A stretch of 64,000 nucleotides of DNA from Cypionkella sp. (GTDB taxonomy: Bacteria > Pseudomonadota > Alphaproteobacteria > Rhodobacterales > Rhodobacteraceae): the NCBI GenBank assembly GCA_031422555.1, contig JANPLZ010000056.1:1026-65025 (forward strand). The letters run 5' to 3'. Of this stretch, positions 38,457-46,569 are shown in pieces. The notes beneath the pieces were generated by a model. That model searched no databases and was not told the DNA's origin. It saw only the letters and a list, made by a program, of their open reading frames with translations. The position numbers were made by a program, and so were the translations under genes. Position 1 is the first letter of the stretch, and every line of letters starts with the position of its first letter.

Positions 38457-39346
38457 TGCATCCCGCGCCGTCTGTCATCGTGTTTTCGGTGCTGTCGGGC
38501 ATGGGATTTGGCCTGCTCGCCTATTTGGGTGTGGGTCTTGTACATCTGTCCGGCTGGCTGGCTTTTATGTGGTGGGGGCTGGGCTATGGCCTTGCAATCA
38601 TTGGCCTCTTGGCTGCGACTTTGCATCTGGCCAACCCCAAAAACGCGCTGAAAGCCTTTTCGCAGTGGCGCAGCAGTTGGCTGTCGCGTGAGGCGATTGC
38701 GGCGGTGGCCACGCTGGTGGTGCTGGCACCGGTGGCGCTGTCAGACTGGTTAACCTTGGGGTGGCCGCGTCAAATTGGCCTTCTTGGCGCGGCTTTGGCG
38801 GTTTTCACCGTGTTTACCACGTCGATGATTTACACCCAGATCAAAGCCGTGCCGCGCTGGAACCATTGGAGCAACCCGGTGATGTTTTTGGCTTTTTGTC
38901 TGACCGGCGGTGCGGTTTTGGCCCTGCAACCTTTCGCGGGCTATGCTTTGGCAGGTCTGGCCCCGCTGTTGTGGTGGGTTTGGCATATTGGCGACCAACA
39001 ATTTGGTCTGCGGGCGCAAACCTTGGGCACGGCCACTGGATTGGACCGGATCGGCGACGTGACAGTGTTTGAACAGGCGCACACTGCGGGCAATTATCTG
39101 CTGCGCGAGATGATTTTTGTGGTGGCGCGCAAACATGTGGTGCGCCTGCGGCTGATCGCGGTTGGCTTGGCCTCGGTTGGTCCGGCGCTGTTGCTGGTGC
39201 TGTTGCCGCATCACCCGGTGGTGTTCGGCGCGGCAGCGCTATGCCATCTGGTGGGGGCACTGGCGGCGCGCTGGTTGTTTTTCGCCCAAGCCGAACACGT
39301 TGTCGGCCTTTACTATGGCAAACGCCAGGGCTTTGACGTTGGGTGA
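38456..39346 (+). CDS. soeC: NrfD/PsrC-like integral membrane quinone-interacting subunit, SoeC-like
   Basis: About 8 TM stretches. 'LHLANPKNALKAFSQWRSSWLSRE' is typical of DmsC/NrfD-like anchors. The start overlaps the soeB stop (TGATG). Confidence 0.75.
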   Translation: MHPAPSVIVFSVLSGMGFGLLAYLGVGLVHLSGWLAFMWWGLGYGLAIIGLLAATLHLANPKNALKAFSQWRSSWLSREAIAAVATLVVLAPVALSDWLTLGWPRQIGLLGAALAVFTVFTTSMIYTQIKAVPRWNHWSNPVMFLAFCLTGGAVLALQPFAGYALAGLAPLLWWVWHIGDQQFGLRAQTLGTATGLDRIGDVTVFEQAHTAGNYLLREMIFVVARKHVVRLRLIAVGLASVGPALLLVLLPHHPVVFGAAALCHLVGALAARWLFFAQAEHVVGLYYGKRQGFDVG

Positions 39347-39379
39347 TTTTTCCGCCATCATTGGCCGGGGGGCCGGGCG

Positions 39380-40255
39380 ATGAACACCACCGAAGCGTTG
39401 ATTGCCGCACTGCCAATTTGGCAAGGCCCGTTGCGCATGCAGCCGCTGGATGGCGGTTTGACCAATCTTAACATGCTGGTGCAAGACGATGTGCGCCGCG
39501 CGGTTGTGCGGTTGGGCCAAGACATTCCGGTGCATCACATCATGCGCTTCAATGAACTGAACGCCAGTCGCGCAGCACAGGCTGCCGGGGTATCGCCTGC
39601 AGTGATTTACCATGCGCCCGGCGCTTTGGTGATTGACTATATCGAAGGCCGCACTTTGGAGGCGCAAGACTTTCGCGATAATTCCGTTCTGGATCAAGCG
39701 GTTGCCTTGATGGCCAGGGCGCACCGTGATATCCCCAACCACCATCGCGGGCCCGCGTTAACCTTTTGGGTATTCCATGTGATCCGCAATTACGCGGCGA
39801 CGTTGCGGCAGGCCAACAGCCGCCACGCCCCGGTGTTTGCAGCCCTTCTGCACGAGGCTACCGCCCTTGAAACCGCGGTGGGGCCGATAGATCTGGTGTT
39901 CGGGCATAATGATCTTCTGGCGGCGAATTTTTTGTTAGATACATCCCGCATGTGGTTGATTGATTGGGATTATGCGGGATTCAACTCACCCCTGTTTGAT
40001 CTGGGCGGGCTGGCGGCGAACACCGGGTTGAGCGAGGTGCAAGAAACCCGGATGCTGACGCATTATTTTGAAACAGCGCCCGATCTGGCCCTGTGGCGGC
40101 GTTACCGTGCGATGAAAGCGGCAGCGGCGCTGCGCGAAGCGTTGTGGAGCATGGTGTCCGAGGTGTTTTCAGACATCGACTTTGATTATTCGACGTATAC
40201 GCAGACCCAATTAACCACGTATCGGGCGGCATTTGATGCGTTCCGGCAATCTTGA
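39380..40255 (+). CDS. Choline/ethanolamine-kinase-like phosphotransferase (APH superfamily)
   Basis: 'FGHNDLLAANFLLD' (Brenner catalytic motif) and 'LIDWDYAGFNSPLFDLG' (choline-kinase-type motif). It starts 34 nt after soeC. Confidence 0.7.
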   Translation: MNTTEALIAALPIWQGPLRMQPLDGGLTNLNMLVQDDVRRAVVRLGQDIPVHHIMRFNELNASRAAQAAGVSPAVIYHAPGALVIDYIEGRTLEAQDFRDNSVLDQAVALMARAHRDIPNHHRGPALTFWVFHVIRNYAATLRQANSRHAPVFAALLHEATALETAVGPIDLVFGHNDLLAANFLLDTSRMWLIDWDYAGFNSPLFDLGGLAANTGLSEVQETRMLTHYFETAPDLALWRRYRAMKAAAALREALWSMVSEVFSDIDFDYSTYTQTQLTTYRAAFDAFRQS

Positions 40256-40259
40256 GGAC

Positions 40260-42713
40260 ATGATGGCAGACCTACCCAGCACGGCGCGCGCGGTTATCAT
40301 TGGCGGTGGCATCATCGGTTGTTCTACCGCCTATCACATGGGCAAACTGGGCTGGACCGATACGGTTTTGCTGGAACGCAAAAAGCTGACCTCGGGCACG
40401 ACCTTTCATGCTGCGGGGCTGGTCGGGCAATTAAGAACATCCGCCAACATCACGCAATTGCTGGGATATTCGGTTGAGTTGTACAAGCGTCTTGAAGCCG
40501 AGACCGGCTTGCAGACCGGCTGGAAAATGAACGGTGGTTTGCGTCTGGCCTGCAACGCCGATCGTTGGACCGAAGTCAGGCGTCAGGCGACCACGGCGCA
40601 TAGTTTTGGCTTGGAAATGCACTTGCTGACCCCGCAAGAGGCGCAGGATTTGTGGCCATTGATGACGATCGACGATCTGGTGGGGGCTGCGTTTTTGCCA
40701 ACCGACGGGCAGGCCAATCCGTCGGATATCACGATGTCTTTGGCGCGTGGCGCGCGGATGGCGGGGGTAAAAATCTTTGAAGACACCCCGGTTTTGCGTA
40801 TCATTGTCGACAATGGCCGCATACGGGGGGTGGAGACGCCGCAAGGCGTGATTGAATGCGAAAAGGTGATTTGCTGTGCGGGGCAGTGGAGCCGGGTTTT
40901 GGCGGGGTCGGTGGGGGTGAATGTGCCCTTGGTATCTGTCGAACACCAATATATGATTACCGAGAAAATTGAAGGGGTTACCGCCAATTTGCCAACGCTG
41001 CGCGACCCCGATCGGCTGACCTACTGGAAGGAAGAGGTTGGCGGGCTGGTGTGGGGTGGGTATGAGCCGAACCCGAAACCTTGGGCCACGAAAGGCATTC
41101 CGGACGGGTTTCATTTTGATCTTTTGACCTCGGATTTTGACCATTACAGTCAGTTCATGCCCGATGCGATTGCACGGGTGCCCAGCCTTGAGACGGCGGG
41201 GATCAAGCAGTTGCTGAACGGGCCGGAAAGTTTCACCCCGGATGGTAATTTCATCCTGGGAGAGGCCCCGGAGTTGAAGAATTTCTATGTAGGCGCCGGG
41301 TTTAACGCCTTTGGCATCGCATCGGGCGGTGGCGCGGGCATGGCACTGGCGGAATGGGCGACCAAAGGCGCCGCCCCCTATGATCTGTGGCCGGTCGATA
41401 TCCGCCGCTTTGGCCGGGTGCATCTGTCGACCGATTGGGTGCGTGCGCGCACGATTGAGGCTTACGGCAAGCATTACACCATCGCCTGGCCCAATGAGGA
41501 AATGCGCTCGGCCCGGCCGACGCGCCGCTCACCGCTTTATGCGCAACTGGCCCGCGCGGGGGCGGGGTTTGGCGAAAAACTGGGCTGGGAGCGGCCAAAT
41601 TGGTTCGCCGATCTGGCGGCAGGCGAGCAGCCGGTTGACCGCTATTCGTATCAGCGCCCCGGCTGGTGGCAGGCGGTGCGGCGCGAACATCTGGCCTGTC
41701 GCACCGCGGCGGTGGTGATTGATCAGACGTCTTTTGCCAAGTTTGTCTTGCGTGGCCCCGATGCGGCGGCGGCACTAAGCTGGATCGCGGCGGGCAATGT
41801 CGACCGGGCTGTCGGCAGTTTGACTTACAGCCAATTTCTGAATGATCGCGGGGGGATAGAGGCCGATGTTACAGTGGTGCGCGAGGCGTGGGATCAGTTC
41901 TACATCGTCACTGGCACCGGCTTTGCCACCCATGATTTCAACTGGATCGTGCAAAATATTCCGGCGGGGATGCGGTGTGAACTGGTCGATGTCACTGCGG
42001 GGTCATCGGTTCTGTCGCTGATGGGGCCGCAGGCGCGGGCGATTTTGTCGCAAATCTGCGGCGATGATCTGGGCAATGGCGTCTTTGCCTTTGGCACGGC
42101 GCGGCAGATTTCGGTGGCCAATTGCCCGGTGCTGGCGTTGCGGGTGACCTATGTTGGCGAATTGGGCTGGGAATTGCACATGCCGACCGATGTGGCGGTG
42201 ACGGTGTATGACGCGCTGATGGGGGCGGGGGCGGCGTTCGGGTTGGTCAACGCGGGCTACCGCGCGATTGAAACTTTGCGGCTGGAGAAAGGTTACCGCG
42301 CGTGGGGGGCCGATATCGGGCCGGATCACACCCCGGTTGAGGCAGGGTTGGCCTGGGCGTGCAAGATGAAATCGGGCGTGCCGTTCCGGGGGCGTGCGGC
42401 GGTTGCGGCGCAATTGGCGGGCGGGGTGAAAAAGCGGCTTGCGGGGTTCACGGTTGCCGACCCTTCGGTGATTTTGCTGGGGCGAGAGACGATTTACCGG
42501 AACGGCGCGCGGGTGGGCTGGCTGTCATCGGGCGGCTACGGCCACAGCTTGGGGCAGCCGATAGGTTATGGCTATGTCCGCCATCCCGGCGGCGTTGATG
42601 CCGCGTTCTTGACGGCGGGCAGCTATGAGCTGGAAGTGGCGTCCGAACGGGTGCCAGCCCTGCTGCATCTTGGCGCGCTTTACGATCCCGGCAATGCCCG
42701 CATCAAGGCTTGA
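40260..42713 (+). CDS. FAD-dependent oxidoreductase fused to a GcvT-type folate-binding aminomethyltransferase domain (dimethylglycine/sarcosine dehydrogenase family)
   Basis: 'AVIIGGGIIGCSTAYHM' is the FAD fold. 'TSGTTFHAAGLVGQLR' contains the His used for covalent FAD in DMGDH/SARDH. The C-terminal roughly 400 aa are GcvT-like ('GELGWELH', 'LRLEKGY'). It starts 5 nt after the kinase stop. Confidence 0.85.
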   Translation: MMADLPSTARAVIIGGGIIGCSTAYHMGKLGWTDTVLLERKKLTSGTTFHAAGLVGQLRTSANITQLLGYSVELYKRLEAETGLQTGWKMNGGLRLACNADRWTEVRRQATTAHSFGLEMHLLTPQEAQDLWPLMTIDDLVGAAFLPTDGQANPSDITMSLARGARMAGVKIFEDTPVLRIIVDNGRIRGVETPQGVIECEKVICCAGQWSRVLAGSVGVNVPLVSVEHQYMITEKIEGVTANLPTLRDPDRLTYWKEEVGGLVWGGYEPNPKPWATKGIPDGFHFDLLTSDFDHYSQFMPDAIARVPSLETAGIKQLLNGPESFTPDGNFILGEAPELKNFYVGAGFNAFGIASGGGAGMALAEWATKGAAPYDLWPVDIRRFGRVHLSTDWVRARTIEAYGKHYTIAWPNEEMRSARPTRRSPLYAQLARAGAGFGEKLGWERPNWFADLAAGEQPVDRYSYQRPGWWQAVRREHLACRTAAVVIDQTSFAKFVLRGPDAAAALSWIAAGNVDRAVGSLTYSQFLNDRGGIEADVTVVREAWDQFYIVTGTGFATHDFNWIVQNIPAGMRCELVDVTAGSSVLSLMGPQARAILSQICGDDLGNGVFAFGTARQISVANCPVLALRVTYVGELGWELHMPTDVAVTVYDALMGAGAAFGLVNAGYRAIETLRLEKGYRAWGADIGPDHTPVEAGLAWACKMKSGVPFRGRAAVAAQLAGGVKKRLAGFTVADPSVILLGRETIYRNGARVGWLSSGGYGHSLGQPIGYGYVRHPGGVDAAFLTAGSYELEVASERVPALLHLGALYDPGNARIKA

Positions 42714-42774
42714 TCGCCCAATTTTGCCGCGATATTGGCTGCGGCGCGGGCCAAACCGCCGCGCAAACCCGTCA

Positions 42775-42823
42775 CATTTGACTAAAATTGCGTTTCATTT
42801 TGGTCTAAATACTCACCTTTGCC
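42775..42823 (+). repeat. Intergenic repeat family 1, copy C (head only)
   Basis: CATTTGACTAAAATTGCGTTTCATTTTGGTCTAAATACTCACC is nearly identical to the head of copy B. Confidence 0.5.
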
Positions 42824-42846
42824 ACCCGAGCACGCCTAGGCAGTTT

Positions 42847-44514
42847 CTAAAACCGCGCATCCGGCAGGCCGCAAAACGGATCATGCGGTGAATTGGTGTT
42901 CCAGGGCTTGCGGCCCAGCAAACAGTCCACCACGGCGCGCTGCATGCTGGGCATGGTGGAAAACGCGTTGATATAGGTCGGCACGCGCGGCGCGTCATAC
43001 AGGTAATAAGGATAGCCAAACGAGATCATCGCGGTCGGGATATCGTGCCAATGCCGCTCCATCGCGTTAAAGAAATTCCCCATGATCCGCGCCCAATCAA
43101 GGAAAATCCGCCCCCGCGTCAGTAAGGTTTCTTCGCCAAACAAAAACAGCATGGCGTCAAAATCATCGCGGTTGACCGGGGTTTCGGGGGTGTAATGCGT
43201 CACCGCAAAGCCTTCGGCCGCCAGCATGTCGGGCAACTCGAACGCCGCTGGCGGGTGGATGGGGGATATCACCCCCCCCGAAACCACCAGCAAGCGTTTG
43301 TGCGTGGCTGGGACAAGCGGCAGCAGGCGCTGCACGTCTTTTACCAAGGTTGGCGCGCGGGCTGTGATCGCACCCGCCGCAGCCCGGTCTGCAGCGCCGC
43401 CAAGGTTGCCCAGCAGCGCCACGGCTGATGCAAAACCGCCCCGGTGTAACCCCAGCGCCGCCTTCAGCCCCAACACCCGGATCAGGGCTTGGTCCAGCCG
43501 CGCAGCCGACAGGCGGCCATCGGCAACCGCGCCCGAAATCAGCGCAAAATCTGCTTCAGGATCGCGTGAGAACAAGATGATATCGCAGCCATTTTCGATA
43601 ATCTCGGGCAGCATCTGCGCCCGTGGCCCCCAGGCCGCAAAGCCGCCCATCACGGTTGCATCCGATACGATCAGCCCGTTAAAGCCCAACCGCCCGCGCA
43701 GCAAATCCATGTTCAAGACGCGCGACACCGACGCCGGGCGATACGCCTCGACGCCCGCCTCTGGGTCAAGGGCCTGCACAAAGGCCGGAAAGGCGATATG
43801 GGCCGACATCACCGACATCACCCCTGCCGCAATCGCCGCGCGATACAGCGCACCATGGCTGGCCTCCCATTCGTCTACGCTAAGTGGGTTGATTGTGGTG
43901 ACCAGATGCTGATCGCGGTCGTCATTGCCTTCGCCGGGCCAGTGTTTCACCGTGGCCGCAATGCCATGGGCCTGAAACACCTCGATCTGCGCCAGCGCAT
44001 GACGGGCGATGCGGGCAGGGTCCGCGCCAAAGCCGCGCGTCGCCACAATCGGGCTGCGAAAGGCGGCATTGATGTCTAACACCGGGGTAAACGACCAGTT
44101 GATCCCCATGATGCGCGCCTCATCCGCCATGATGCGGGCAATCTCGCGGCTGGCCGCCACGTCATCAATCGCCGCCAGCGCCAAGGGATTGGGCACTTCG
44201 GTGCCGAAAGGCAGGCTCATCCGCGAGCCTTCCAGATCGGCGCTGATCAACAAAGGGATGGCTGATTGCGCGCGAACGCGGTCAATGAAATCCGCCTCAT
44301 AGGCGGCGTCATCGGTATAAAACCGGGTGATCCCGGCGGGATGCAACCCCGCCAGCCGCGCCAGTTCGGCGGGGTCTTTGCCTATTGACGCATGCACAAA
44401 CAACTGCCCGATCTTTTGCGCAGGCGTCATCGCCGCCAGCGTGGCCGTGACCCAAGCCATGTCAGCATCCTTTAGATGGAACGGGGCCGCACGCAGAAAA
44501 GATGTGTCAGTCAC
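42847..44514 (-). CDS. Glycoside hydrolase family 3 protein (beta-N-acetylhexosaminidase/beta-glucosidase-like)
   Basis: 'KIGQLF', 'ISADLEGS' and 'VKHWPGEGNDDRDQHL' (the KH[FW]PGxG...D.H motif of GH3). GTG at 44514, or ATG at 44460, as start. Confidence 0.8.
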   Translation of the reverse strand: MTDTSFLRAAPFHLKDADMAWVTATLAAMTPAQKIGQLFVHASIGKDPAELARLAGLHPAGITRFYTDDAAYEADFIDRVRAQSAIPLLISADLEGSRMSLPFGTEVPNPLALAAIDDVAASREIARIMADEARIMGINWSFTPVLDINAAFRSPIVATRGFGADPARIARHALAQIEVFQAHGIAATVKHWPGEGNDDRDQHLVTTINPLSVDEWEASHGALYRAAIAAGVMSVMSAHIAFPAFVQALDPEAGVEAYRPASVSRVLNMDLLRGRLGFNGLIVSDATVMGGFAAWGPRAQMLPEIIENGCDIILFSRDPEADFALISGAVADGRLSAARLDQALIRVLGLKAALGLHRGGFASAVALLGNLGGAADRAAAGAITARAPTLVKDVQRLLPLVPATHKRLLVVSGGVISPIHPPAAFELPDMLAAEGFAVTHYTPETPVNRDDFDAMLFLFGEETLLTRGRIFLDWARIMGNFFNAMERHWHDIPTAMISFGYPYYLYDAPRVPTYINAFSTMPSMQRAVVDCLLGRKPWNTNSPHDPFCGLPDARF

Positions 44515-44652
44515 GATAAAACTATCCTTTTGGGTCGGGCATCAATCGGGCGGTGGACCGGGATCCGCACCGGGTCAAACCGGGCCGGTCAAACCGGGCC
44601 GCGCCCCGCCACAGTGTGGCAAAGCCTGCGGCCAAACGCACCCCCAAAAAGC

Positions 44653-44677
44653 AAAAAGACCGCACCGAAGTGCAGTC
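44653..44677 (-). terminator. Intrinsic terminator downstream of tRNA-Asn
   Basis: On the minus strand: GACUGCAC-UUCG-GUGCGGUC (8 bp with one G.U pair, UUCG loop) followed by UUUUU. It begins 13 nt after the tRNA 3' end. Confidence 0.55.
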
Positions 44678-44689
44678 TTTTTGTAAGGT

Positions 44690-44764
44690 TGGCTCCGACG
44701 GTAGGGATCGAACCTACGACCAATTGATTAACAGTCAACTGCTCTACCGCTGAGCTACGTCGGA
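44690..44764 (-). tRNA. tRNA-Asn (anticodon GUU), CCA encoded
   Basis: Minus strand: TCCGACGTAGCTCAGCGGTAGAGCAGTTGACTGTTAATCAATTGGTCGTAGGTTCGATCCCTACCGTCGGAGCCA. Acceptor stem TCCGACG/CGTCGGA, anticodon loop CTGTTAA, T-arm GTAGGTTCGATCCCTAC. Confidence 0.9.
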
Positions 44765-44836
44765 ACATGGGGGCCGTATAGCAAGGGGATTTGGGGGCGT
44801 AAAGGGTCTTTGGGTGAAGAAATGCCGCGCTGGGGG

Positions 44837-45727
44837 TCAGATCGCGCGAAAGCGGGCGGATAAGGTGATCGGCCCCTCGCAGAGAATCCGGTTTTGGTCA
44901 TGCAGATCAATAAGATGGGCAAGGATATTGCGCGCCGCTGCGGGCTGTAACGGCGCCGGGGTGTCGGTATAAAGCTGGGTTGCAAGGGTCGCGGCACTGG
45001 CGGGGGCGTCGCGCAAGGCGGCAAGGATTGACGCTTCGCGCGCGCGCCTGTGCGCGACAAGGTCGGCCAGTCTGGCGGCCGGACTTGTGATCACATCGCC
45101 ATGGCCGGGCAGGAACTGCGCCCAGTTTTGCTGCGACAGCCGGTGCAGCGACGCCATATAAGCCGCCATATCGCCATCGGGCGGCGAGATCAGCGAGGTG
45201 GACCAGCCCATCACATGATCGCCGCAAAACAACTGATCGCGCCAGCCAAAACACAGATGTCCCCCCATATGGCCGGGGGTGTGGATCACGTCGATGGTCA
45301 GCCCCGCGATATGAAGGATCTGGCCATCCACCAGCAAATCATCGGGGGCAAAGGTCAGATCAGCGCCTTCACCGCCGCTGCCCAGCCCTTGATCGGCCAA
45401 GGCTTGCATCCGCACTGTGCGGCCCGATGCAGCCGCCCCGAACGCCATCACCGGCGCCGAGGTGGCGGCCGTCAACGCGGGCGTCAAGGCGGTGTGATCC
45501 AGATGCGCATGGGTGATCAGGATGGCCCGCAGCGGGCAGTCCGCCACCGCCGCCCGGATGGCTTGCAGATGGGGCGCGTGATTTGGGCCGGGGTCGATCA
45601 CCACCGCGCCCTGCGGCCCGATCAGCACATAGGTATTGGTGCCGCTGCCCGTCATCGGCCCCGGGTTGGCCGCGCGCAGGCGCAAAAGGTCTGGGGCTAT
45701 TTCAAGGGTTTCAGATGCATCGCGCAT
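44837..45727 (-). CDS. MBL-fold metallo-hydrolase (LACTB2-like)
   Basis: 'NPGPMTGSGTNTYVL' and the 'ILITHAHLDHT' (HxHxDH) motif. Confidence 0.8.
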   Translation of the reverse strand: MRDASETLEIAPDLLRLRAANPGPMTGSGTNTYVLIGPQGAVVIDPGPNHAPHLQAIRAAVADCPLRAILITHAHLDHTALTPALTAATSAPVMAFGAAASGRTVRMQALADQGLGSGGEGADLTFAPDDLLVDGQILHIAGLTIDVIHTPGHMGGHLCFGWRDQLFCGDHVMGWSTSLISPPDGDMAAYMASLHRLSQQNWAQFLPGHGDVITSPAARLADLVAHRRAREASILAALRDAPASAATLATQLYTDTPAPLQPAAARNILAHLIDLHDQNRILCEGPITLSARFRAI

Positions 45728-45761
45728 ATGCCGCCGCCCTGACTAGGGCCGGTGTTTCGGG

Positions 45762-46427
45762 TTACATCCCAAAAACCAGCATCCACCCGGCCATGACAGC
45801 CATGCCAAGATTTTCAACAATCGTCACGGTTGACATTGGCAGCTTGAACACGGTGCCAAGGCAGGCGCATTGGATGGTTTCCTTGCGCTGCACCGATTGG
45901 ATCACCCCGATGGCACCAACAAGGCTAAGGCCCAAGGCGAGCCAGGTTGACGCCTGCATCTGATACCAGAACAGAAAGGCAAACCCCAAGCCCAGTTCCA
46001 CAAACGGATAGAGGTATCCCCACACCGGCAGACGTTTTGCGATGATGTCATAGCGGGCATAAGAGGCGGCAAAGGCGGGCACATCCAACAGTTTGAACGC
46101 GCCAAAGACGATGAAGAACCCGGCCATGAAACTCATCATCCAGCTGTCCCCGGCCAGAGCGGCAACGGCGACAAGGCCAAGCACCAAAAACAGCGGATAA
46201 TAGGTTTTCACAAAGCCAGGCAGCACAAATGTCTGCGTGACCGGGCTGGCCCGATAGCTGCCAATCGCGGCAAGGGCTGCGTTCATTTGTTCCAGATTGC
46301 TGCCCGGCACAGTCGCGCGCGGCGGATCAAGCGTGACCGAGGCCGAGGCGGCCACGGCCTGCAGGGCGGATTCGACTTTGCGCGCGCAGCCGCCGCAGGT
46401 CATTCCAGAAATGGCATATGTTGTCAT
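45762..46427 (-). CDS. Heavy-metal-associated (HMA) domain fused to a MauE/DoxX-like membrane domain
   Basis: From the ATG at 46427: 'MTTYAISGMTCGGCARKVESAL' (GMTCxxC). This is followed by TM helices with 'FGAFKLLDVPAF' and 'CACLGTVFKLPMSTVTIVENLGM', typical of MauE. Confidence 0.7.
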   Translation of the reverse strand: MTTYAISGMTCGGCARKVESALQAVAASASVTLDPPRATVPGSNLEQMNAALAAIGSYRASPVTQTFVLPGFVKTYYPLFLVLGLVAVAALAGDSWMMSFMAGFFIVFGAFKLLDVPAFAASYARYDIIAKRLPVWGYLYPFVELGLGFAFLFWYQMQASTWLALGLSLVGAIGVIQSVQRKETIQCACLGTVFKLPMSTVTIVENLGMAVMAGWMLVFGM

Positions 46428-46569
46428 GCGGTTGTAATTAGCAGGGCCAACCGGCTTTGGCCATAAGCTTTGGGTCACGACTGTGTTAGCGCCAGCCAAT
46501 GCGCCCGCCGCCCGCGATCTGTGGCCGCACGATTGGCGCTGCCAGAAAAACCAAGGCTTTTCTCGCCCC

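Noticed and set aside
44572-44600. Tandem 14-mer GGTCAAACCGGGCC x2, with the same 17-mer CCGGGTCAAACCGGGCC again at about 56028-56044.
   Set aside because: It is short, GC-rich and only weakly structured. It could arise by chance or slippage, and I see no associated feature.
44515-44836. tRNA-Asn as a possible genomic-island integration site.
   Set aside because: There is no integrase, no direct repeat of the tRNA 3' end elsewhere in the window, and the flanking genes (GH3, MBL hydrolase) have normal GC content.
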